DNA of 64,000 bases from Thalia democratica. Taxonomy: Eukaryota. Below the pieces are notes generated by a model that had not been told where the DNA came from, did not search any database, and was given only the letters and a program-made list of their open reading frames with translations. Below, piece by piece: positions 53,617 through 64,000 of the stretch. Positions within the stretch are counted from its first letter, which is position 1. Each line of letters starts with the position of its first letter. Made by a program: the position numbers and the translations under genes. Location of the stretch: NCBI GenBank assembly GCA_965202585.1, contig CBDBBG010000238.1:1-64000 (forward strand). The letters are read 5' to 3'.

Positions 53617-53719
53617 GGACAGCTTTCGTTATTTGTGCATAAGTCCCTCCCGCTGCGAGCTGCTCCTATCGGAGCAGCTCTTGCTCCCGGGACTTTTGCA
53701 CAAATAACGAAAGCCGTCC
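53617..53719. other. 103-nt fold-back, unit 4
   Basis: Copy of 10573-10675. Confidence 0.85.
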
Positions 53720-56700
53720 TTTAGGCCGCGTCCTTATGCTGGTCGGCACCTAATTAGTTTTTTGTTTGATGTACGAGTAGTTACGCACCTTCTTTAGTAT
53801 GTTATATTTCTTTTATCATGTGGTTTTATATACATGTAAGTATCGAGATGCATGTTTAATAAAAAAATAACTGATTTACAGTAAAGTTTTATGTTTTATA
53901 GTATGTATCCATGGTGTCTTACTACAAATTAAACAGTTTTGTAGTGGACAGTCTGGCATTATTCTATAGTAAACACTTCAACTTACATTGTAATCTTATT
54001 TATCGGTATCATTTCATTGTTAGTTATGGGACTACTTTAGTTTATTCACAGTTAGACAAAACAATTTATACAACTTGTTATTATTAATTTAATTATATGG
54101 ATTTGTTAGAAAGTAAATATTTTCGTGTTGTCTCCTTTCTTTTTTTTTTATTAAAAATATTTATGTCTTAATTTGTATAAACTAGTTTTGGCCATCTTTG
54201 AAAATTACACACTAACGAAATACAGTTTTTGTCCACAACTTTTCAACTAATTTACAGTTTTCAATTATTACGTCATCCGGTAGTCTCATGCAGTTTAAAC
54301 TTCGTAATTTTTGCTGCATAATATGTATTTGATTATAAATTATAAAGTAATGTTCTAAATATATAGTCTATATTTTCAATTTAAGTAGTGCAAATTTTAT
54401 AACGTTAACACTAATTATATGTACATATTAAGTATTGGATAAGGTGTATCTTAATTAAACTAATACTTATAAATATATATGGCAATTAACTCTTAAATAA
54501 TATATTGCTGCGTATAACTTAAACTAATATTAAAGTTACAATTAACTCCTAATCATTAATCATTATCTTGTTGCGCTGGATTATATGATTATTTCTAGTT
54601 TTATGTCTTAAACACTGTATGTATTCATCTATAAATTAAAAAGATTGAATTTTTTCTTTTAAGTAATAATTACAGTTCAAATATACATCCCATTTAGAGG
54701 CTTTATGAGTTTTAAAAGGTCAAATTCAACCATTGTATAAAACTTTATTTACCATTAAGCGTGTTAAACTAAAAAAAATCATGCCAGTTACTAGCTCTGT
54801 ACTTTTGATAGTATAGATCAAATACCGTTACGCCAACTAACTCTTATTTTGAGGTTATTACATTTAGTAACTAAGTACTTTTAACAAAAATTTTTACAAT
54901 TCAAGTAGTTAATTTAGTTAAAAAAAAGTATTGGTATAGAATATTACAAAATTGTGGGATTAGTTCTCAATTATGTCTTAATCGTGATTAAACATACCTT
55001 ATTCTAACAATATTGATATCAGATGCAACTTTGTAATTTAGTTGGTAGTTCATTATTTTGTTCGTGTTGTTGTAAAGTTAATTAAAAGTTTGTTTGATAA
55101 ATATTCTCTCTCGTTTCTCTACAATTAATAGCCTTTTTTTATATTTCTATAACGTTATTGCATTTCTATTTTGTTCTTTCGTTACTTAATTCTACTTCTG
55201 GCTCAATACAGTCAATTTTTACTATTTTATTATCAGTCATCATCATGTTGCTCTGGTTTGTATGATTATTTCTTTATGTCTTAAACAATACTTATTTAAA
55301 ACCTTTTAGTAATGATTACACTTGAAATATGCTTTTTATTAAAATTTAAAGGTCAAATCTGTTAAATTGTTCAATGGTTATACATGACTTTTTTAACACT
55401 GATTTTGTAACTTAATCTAAAAATAATTAATTTTTAAAAGATAGCCTGCTTAACTTAAGTTTTTTTTTTCTATTTTTATAAATATTCAATCCAGAAGCTA
55501 CTTTAGTTTTTAGGTCACTAGTTTTGTCACCTTTTACAGTAGTGTTGTAGTGCCATTTAGCAGTTAAATATATATTCATTCTCTTATAATACTTTGCTGA
55601 AATTAAACTTATATTAAAATAACTAACAATTCTTAACATTCAATCCTATATATCATCTTGTTGCCCTGTTTTACATGATTATTTCCAATGGTATGTCTTA
55701 AAAAGTTTATGTTCAAATAGTAAAGATTAAAATGTTCAATTGGAGTCTAGGAAATTTCGGTCTTTAACTACCTACAACTCAACCTAATACAAACGTGTTT
55801 ATTATATTTGTATATTTAATAAAATAATTTTTAAACAGTACTCTTTCTTTAGTTTTGCATGTTTTAAAGCGCTTCTACTTAGTTTAAACTTTTTTTGTTA
55901 ACATATCTAAATTACAAGTAAAGTTTTATGTTTTATAGTATGTATCCTGGCTGTCTTACTACAAATGATTCAGTTTTGTAGTAAACAGTCTGGTATTATT
56001 CTATAATAAACACTCCGCTTACTGTAATTTAATATTATAACTTATTGTCCCATTACGAGGGGATAGCACCTGCAGACTTGTTGAAAGCCGTGTTAGTGCC
56101 GTAACCAGCGCCGGTTACTCTATGAATTATTTAAGGAATTCAAATAATACAGGATCGTTTCCTATAACTTTGAGGTACTTGAGTAAATTACTTACTGAGG
56201 TATAAGTGATTTTAGGCTTGAAATTCTACACTAAAGTTTTTCGTTTACATAAATAAGTATTTCAGTCTTAATTTGTATAACAAAGTTAGGAAATCTTTTA
56301 AATTATTGTCCACAATTTTCAAAGTAATTTTGTAATATTTTATATTTTCCCCATTTACAATTATTACGTCATCACCCAGTAGTCTAACACAGTATAAACT
56401 TAGTAATTTTTACTTACACTTTAGTTGTATATGGATGTTATCTTTTTGATTATAAATTATTAAATTTGTTTCAAATCGCTCTATATTTCAAAGTTTGGTA
56501 AAGCAACTTGTATGTTAATGAATAAGAATAATTGTATGTAAGTAATAAGTATTGGATAAGGTGTATCTTAATTAAACTAACAGAAACAAATTATATGGTA
56601 ATTAGCTCTTAAATATTTTACTGCTGCGTATAAATGAATCTAATTTTTTGAATTACAATCAACTCTTGATAATACCTAATCATTAATTATCATATTGTTG

Positions 56701-57581
56701 CGCTGGTTTAATTATTGTTTATAGTTTTATATCACAAACAATTATTTAACTATAAATTTAAAAGTTTAAACTGTTTCTTACAAGTAATAATTACAGTTCA
56801 ATTAAACATCCCATTTAAAGCTTTCGTGTGTATAAAGGCTTCTTTTGAATTTAACCATAATATATAACTTTTTCAAAAACTGCGTGTCAAAATAAACAAT
56901 AGTTGGTACCAGCTCTGTACTTTTGATAAATTAAATCAAATACTGACTAAGTACCATTTTTTACGGTGTGCATTTTGTACATGTTGTGTTAAGTTAAATG
57001 ATAAAAAGGAAAATACAAACTTTCATATTGTTAAAGTTATATAAAATAGATATCCGTTCAAACTTTTTAATACATTGTTTGTATTATATTAAAGTAAATA
57101 TTAATTGATATTCAACTATTTAATAAACTCAATTAAATTTGTAAAAATTACAAGCTATAATGCTTTCATCATTTGAAATTACAAATACCACTAGAATTCA
57201 GAAAGACATAAATTTGAAAACTGTAAAATTTGAAGATATAATGCTTTCACCATTTTAATTTACAAATACCACTAGAATTTATAAAGAAGATACTTGAGTG
57301 TAACATTCTTATTTAAATCAAAGACACGTTTATTAAGTTATCAGTGTTAACAGTTTAGTTGGTATGTATACCCTTTTTTCATCGAATTATAGAATTGAAG
57401 TTTTTACATCTTTATTTGTTTTTTATAATTGTGTTAAATGTATCTGAATTGACATTATTATATATTAAAATTTAGGTTAAATCATTAACAGAATATTAAG
57501 TTAACAAACTTTACGTCTAAAGTAAAAACTTTTATTCGGTAAACAATTAAAAAGTATGTGTTTTAGCAAAAATAAAATAAA

Positions 57582-58085
57582 ATGGACCGATTCATTTTCG
57601 ATCATGTCGAAGAATATCCTGAGCAGCAGCAAGCTGATGAACAAGCAGAACAACAGTCAGAAGATTTTGCACAATTTTTCATGCCGGTGCGAAATAGAAG
57701 GCAACTCGATGCGGAAATCGCGCGAACCACTTTACGGATGCGAGCGAGAATGCAACGAACACAACATGCACGACGCATTCAGCAGCGGAGAGAGAATACA
57801 ACGACAAGTGGAGCAAGAAATGCAACAAGAAATTCAGCAAGAAATTATGCAGCAGAGAGGGAGTGTACCACAAGAAATGCGGCAAGAATTACAACAAGAA
57901 ATGCTGGCGCGGCGCATTGTGCAGCAGAGAGAGAGAGAGAGAGAGTAGAACAAAGATTTGAAGAAGAAATACATCAGGAAATTATTAGTTTATTATATTT
58001 TATAATTCAAAACTCGCAATTAATTTGTTTTATCTTTAAAAGACAAACAGCCAATTTAAAATTAATACAAGTTAACATCTTTTAG
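57582..58085 (+). pseudogene. RING-less paralogue copy 5
   Basis: Same translation as 191-694. Confidence 0.6.
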
Positions 58086-58665
58086 TTTGTTTCAAAACTT
58101 TTGTGAATTATTTCTGTCTTAAAAGTCAGTGACATAAAAATTAAAGTATAGTTAAAGTTTTTTATTTTTTTGTTATTTAAATTTAATCTTAGTTTGTTGT
58201 ACATGATTTATTAAGGTTTATTGTAAAAAGGAAAATAAAAACTTATGTTTTTGTTAAGGCTGTCTAAAATGGTACCAATGCATATTTTTGGGTACATTGT
58301 TTGTAATTTATTAAAATAAATATTAATCGCTTTTCTGATATTTAATATATTTTGTTAAACTTTAAAATTTTAAGCTTTAACGGTTTTATCATTTTTATTT
58401 AAATCTAACACACGTGTATTAAGTATTCAGTGTATACTGTTTAGTTTGTACATATAATTTTTTTTTGAATATAAAATTTAATTTGTTTGATCTTTAGTTT
58501 TTTTGTATCAATTTGTTAAATATACTTGAGCTGTTATATTGATACATTATAGTTAAGGGTAAACTATTAAAAGAACAATATGTTATACAAACCTTACATC
58601 TAAAGTAAAAACTTTTAGTAGGTAAAAAGTAAAAAAGTATCTTATTAAGCTGAGAATAAAACGAA

Positions 58666-59112
58666 ATGGATCAACTCAATCCTGATCATGTCGAAGATTA
58701 TGCTGAGCAGCAGCAAGTTGATGAACTGCTAGAACAATATTTCGAACCTGGTTTCGCAGTTCTACGACGTTTAATGCAACCACATATGGAACGTGTACGA
58801 CGCATTGTGCAGCAGAGAGAGCAAAAGATGATGCAACAAGAAGTACAACGTGTACGACGCATTGTGCAGCAGAGGAGAACGCAACAACCTGTTACTGGTC
58901 TGACACCCGAACGAATTGGTAGATTTGAACACTTCGCTGCAGACGAATCGTTGGTGGGCGAGCAATGCGTGGTTTGCCTCGATGACCTGAAATGTGGCAC
59001 GAGAATGGTCCGTCTGGACTGTCATGTCACCCATTGTTTGTGCAAAACATGTACAGATGCTTGGTTTAAAGATCACAACAAATGTCCTTTATGCAATCAT
59101 GTTTTCAACTAG
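58666..59112 (+). CDS. RING-finger protein copy 5 (T122)
   Basis: As copy 3; A at 59029. Confidence 0.9.
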   Translation: MDQLNPDHVEDYAEQQQVDELLEQYFEPGFAVLRRLMQPHMERVRRIVQQREQKMMQQEVQRVRRIVQQRRTQQPVTGLTPERIGRFEHFAADESLVGEQCVVCLDDLKCGTRMVRLDCHVTHCLCKTCTDAWFKDHNKCPLCNHVFN

Positions 59113-60522
59113 AAACCGGTTTAACAGTAATATAGAATATTGGTGACAGTGCTTTTCTTGCAACAATTAATAAACTGTGAATTGTGAATACGTTTTGTTT
59201 TGTTAAGTAAAATGTTATAGTTAATATAAAAGATATAAAGTATATAAAACATTAACTTCATTATTACATATGAATAACTTACTTATTTTAACAAAAACCC
59301 ATACTTATAATATAATTTTAAAAACGAACTTATTAAATATACTAAAAAATTTTGACATGTAGCACGATGAATACTTTTCTTATCAAATGTTTTAAACATT
59401 TTTTGTTTGAAAATATAAACATAGTTTAAAAACCTTGCGGTATGTAGCAATTCGTGTATTTATATGTAAAGAACTTCCAAGCTCATCCATTTTTACAATA
59501 ATCTAAAACACTAGTGATCTATCTAATTTATATTTTTAAGAACTCTTTTTCATTAGGATTCACTTACTAAATAGGATTATAGGTCCAATAGATCAATAAT
59601 TTCAAGCGATCTTTAACAACTGGAATCTTAAATTATGCAACAATCATTAGAGTTACAAGAACTTATAAAAAGTTTTACAAAAATTAAATTTTAAACTACC
59701 AAAATAAAAATTAAAGTTTTTACTTTCAACTACAATAGTACTGATAATGTTTTAGTTAATAGACTAATGCTATTACAAAAAATAGAAGATCACTAAATCT
59801 AATAATTTGTTTTATTAAAAACTATCAAATTCTTTATTACTCAAAATGCTTTAACTTTGCTATTTTACTAAAACACTGGTTCTTTTGGTAGGAACCTGTA
59901 CATAAGCATTGTTCTTATCTAAACAATCATGAATAAAGTTTCAGTTTGTACTTGAATACCCAATATCTATTTAAAACTATGATTTTTCTAGTCGTTTTGT
60001 TTTCCATTTGTGACGTAAATGTATTAAAGTGAAAATATATTTAATTGTTGGATCATAGCCTACATGCTGAAAACTGCCGATCTGACACCCAGCCTATAAA
60101 GTTTTAAAAAGAACATCAACTTCACACACTTATAGTTATAAAAATTAAACATAACTCACTCATTTTCGAAAAAAGTTTATTAATCAATTTCGTTTAGCGC
60201 ATGCTCAAAATAATATTGCTAAAAACTATTAATACTGTAGTGTAATTTTAGTTACATACAATGAATTTGAAAAGTCTAGCTAAAAATAGCTACTTCATAA
60301 AGTATAAAAGTCTCTTTAGAAAAAGTTTAAAATAGAATTGAGTTATAATTAGCTAATTTGAAGTAAATTATAAGACAAAATTGCTAAAACAAAAGTATTT
60401 AAAATAGTAAATTTTTTTACCTGAAACTAAATTAAATAAAAAGCACATTACAAAATACGACAAAAACGACAACAATAATATTACTAAAAACACGCTATTT
60501 TTAAAGTTTTTAAATGTAATTT

Positions 60523-61006
60523 ACAATATACATGAAAATTATAACAGCTATCTGATTTGTACTATAAATTTATTTAATTTAGTCTTTATGTTTAGGAAAG
60601 CAATGAAGCGCTTTATTATGAAATGAAGTATATAATCTATTAAAAATGAAACAACAACCAATAATTAGTGAATCAATTAAGTTTATCAACGGTAAAGACA
60701 ATAAAACTCACAGGAATCTTATGTAACGCGTGTTTTATATATTAAATCTTTGTAATGATAAAATCTATAAATTTAAAATTATAACAGATAAATTTATTTT
60801 AGGTACATTTAGGAAGCTGTGACTTATATTGTCTTTACCGTTGTTAAACTTTGTTGATTTACTAATTATTGGTTGTTGTTTCATTTTTAATACATTATAT
60901 ACTACATTTCATAATAAAGCGCTTTATTGATTTCTTAACATAAAGACTAAATTAACTAACTTTATAGTACAAATTAAATAGCTGTTATAACTTTCATATA
61001 TATTGT
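60523..61006. mobile_element. Foldback/MITE-like element, unit 5
   Basis: Copy of 3132-3615. Confidence 0.75.
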
Positions 61007-64000
61007 GACGAAATTATTGGACGTTTTTTGTTCAATTATTGACAACAGTAAAAAATTTGATTCATGTTTCTTTCCAATAAGGTAAGTGGTTTGTTTATAT
61101 TATGATTTGTTCTTTTGTTGTGTATTTTAGTTTACTTTACTTAATCAGACTAAATAATTACGAATATTATATAATTTTATAACAATCGGATTTAACATTA
61201 AGTATTTTACCTATTATTAACTATTAATCTGTAAAAATTTGTGGTAAGTTATTTTATTTTATTTTAATTTTAATGAAAACATGTATACACCTACTTTATT
61301 CCATGATTCTATTCTCATATTACACTAATTACTATTTACAGAACCCAGTTGAAGTGTGTTGATTAGTTAGCACACAGAAACATATGTTGGTACAATAAAG
61401 CAAGACTATTGTATAGTAAGGTTTTAAGTATGCATTTTAATTTAGCTCAACTACTATTTGTAGTGGTATTCACTACTGTGGATTTGTTAAAGCTTCACAG
61501 TTTAGCTAATTTAGAAACAGTTTAGTTTTATAGTTGGCGGGTTGGATACTATATGCTAGCACAAGCGGCTTAAGCATTCAATATATGTAAAAAGATAATT
61601 GAGTTTGTTTTTAATATCAGATTATTTATAAAAATAAATATCAGTCACTCAAAAAAACGTTTCATCTAATCACTTTAAATATACTAAAATTATTTCTAGT
61701 CTAAACATTAATCAAATTTAATTTCTTATAGACAGACGTTAACAGTGTTAGTTTTAAATAAAAAAGGTAATTTTAGCTCTATTTAGTCGCAACTCTCAAC
61801 TGTAAAAACCCAGAAAAAAATTGATATGATAAAAAATACAATTTTAAATGGTTGCTATAACTGTTTTATTCGTATTTATCAAAACATATACAAGTATCCT
61901 TTGAAAGAAAAGAAAAACTGTTCTTTAGTTATTTTGTTTTAAGTTTTTTTTTACATTATTAAAAAAGTGTAATTGTTTATAACATCTATTTAGGTGATAT
62001 TAACAAATCCAGAAGGGATTCATGTTAAATTAAGTATATTGTGTTGCGTAGAATATAATTTTAATGACTTTTTGTTGTTTATAGTAATATAATTTATATG
62101 TTGAAAAAAAAAATTAAAGCGGTTTCTTTGATCAAAGCAAATTGAGTTTTATAAGTATATCCAACTTATTTCAATTTTTTTATAAATGATTTTCGTTACT
62201 TATCTAGACTCTTTCAATTGAGCTTTGTTTTACCTTAAGTTATTTTTTTCTAAATGAGCTGAAGGGGATTTGGATTAATTAAGCTTTAGCTTATTTTAGC
62301 TATTATGTTTATACTTGTTTTTTAAGTTTTAGAAACATCACCAGCATTTCCGTTTTTGTTTTAATATTTTGTTGAACCAGCCAGTAATGAAAATGATATG
62401 GGTATGAATAAAATTTGCCAAAATATCTAATTTTTCAAAACCATCTATGCCAGGAATTCTAATTTACCTGACTGGACTTTTATGTCAAATAAATCCACGT
62501 GGTTGCTTATAATGCTGATAAAATTTAAGATTATTGATTGTAATGTCTAATAAAGAATGTAAGGCTGAACTACATTAATCCCAGGCGTTTCTACATTTAA
62601 GAGACAAAGTTTAACCTTCATTTTTGTTAGACGAAATGTTTCCTTATTTGAAATTATCAACAGTATTAATATTAACCGAGAAAAAATATACTTTAAAAAG
62701 CTTAAACTAAAAAGTTGTGATTTAAAACACACGTAAGTAAGGATATTAATGTCTTTCAAATTAATTAACAGCAAATTTATGCTTAGATATAAGACATTAG
62801 AAAGCATTGTATATGATATGCATAAATAAACCTTGTAGACCAAAACTTTGGCTTTCACTTTTAAATTAAACATATCTGTTAAGTTTCTGTCTAAGTGGCA
62901 TAAACCTTCCACATACACTGTTCCTTAGATATACTACTTACAAAAGTATATGGTTCTCTACCATTAAGAATGCAATGTACCAACATTAGTAACATACTTT
63001 GCACAACCATTGTTTTTCTCTATAAAGCCTAACGACGTTTAAATCTCAGTAAGTAATCTACTAGTGTAACTCAAACAAATAATAAACTATTCCTGTATCA
63101 TTTTAGAGCCTTAAATAATTCATAGAGTAACCGGCACTGAAGTAATGTAAATTGAAATTAATTAAGTAATTATTTTCCAATAATGGACAAAACATGAAAA
63201 AAAGTTAAGAACCGGTGGTTTCAAGTATAATTAAATACTAAACTAAGAATTTATTTGCAGTTTATGAGACTTGGTAACTTGAATTGATATAACTTTTTGA
63301 ATATATTTATAGAATGATACTGATAAAGTAAACTACAACGTAAAACTGTTGTGTTACTTTCAATAATTCGAATTTCTTACAGATTTATACTTTTAAACAT
63401 TTCACTTTTAAATTAAACATATCTGTTAATAACACTAAAACTCTGTTCAGTCTTTACTTAAACTTGAGCTAAAAAAGAATTAAATTACTTAACAACATGC
63501 AATAGAAACAAAACAATAAAGCTAAGGCTTGTTTGAATAATAACATAAATTAGATAGAAGACTTTTATAGGTAAACTAACTGGTATGTACAACTAGTAAA
63601 CTTGTGAGACAAAATACAATAGAATGATATTAATAAACCAAATTACAACAAGTGAAGTGTTACATATAGAATAATAAATTGATTGTTTACTCCAAAACTA
63701 TACTAAATTAGAATATGTTTTTTTCAGCAGTTGATCAATGTTACAAAAACAAACATTTGAACTAAAACAAAGATTAAAGGTGAAATCAAAAATACAGCGG
63801 AGATATTTGTTGTGAACATAGCTCGAGTACTAGTACCTGCTAACTTTTTTAATTTCTAACTCTCATCATGCAAATAGATACAAGTTTGAAAGGTATTTGA
63901 AACAACCAAGTAGTTTAAAATCAAAGCTTTGAAGTTTTAAAGCTCCATTTTGCTTATTTTTTATCGTTTTTATAAAGTGTTTGGTGTTTTTTAGCATAAA

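Larger units (their letters stand above)
43045..57391 (+). repeat. Tandem unit copy 4 (14,347 bp)
   Basis: Periodicity. Alleles: 44682A, private 48376G, 1-bp A deletion at ~55616-55619, 57256T. Confidence 0.97.
1..64000. repeat. Macrosatellite-like tandem array, 14,348-bp unit, ~4.46 copies, open at both window ends
   Basis: Every ORF recurs at +14348 (191, 14539, 28887, 43235) and then +14347 (57582). The window's first bases GAATTGAAG recur at 14349. Only 8 differences between copies were found by eye. Confidence 0.98.
57392..64000 (+). repeat. Tandem unit copy 5 (partial, unit positions 1-6609)
   Basis: Periodicity. Alleles: 59029A, 59626T. Confidence 0.97.

Overview
This is AT-rich eukaryotic-type DNA (probably an invertebrate; the organism cannot be proven from sequence). 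The whole 64 kb is one head-to-tail tandem array of a 14,348-bp unit, about 4.46 copies: 1-14348, 14349-28696, 28697-43044, 43045-57391 (1 bp shorter) and 57392-64000 (partial). Both window edges fall inside the array, so unit phase is arbitrary and total copy number is unknown. I found only 8 variable sites by eye, and three of them are shared between copies in a mosaic pattern. Each unit has one convincing intronless gene, a 148-aa Gln/Arg-rich protein with a C-terminal RING finger (probable E3 ubiquitin ligase) and a poly(A) signal. Just upstream is a RING-less paralogue whose middle is scrambled by two compensating GA-microsatellite frameshifts. The rest of the unit is non-coding or decayed: several MITE-like elements, a ~102-bp minisatellite, a 103-nt GC-rich hairpin, internal duplications, and a cluster of decayed minus-strand gene modules with a shared leader. 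I saw no transposase, polymerase, capsid, rRNA, tRNA or CRISPR signature. The best candidate for an undescribed system is a recently amplified, recombining macrosatellite that carries a RING-ligase gene.
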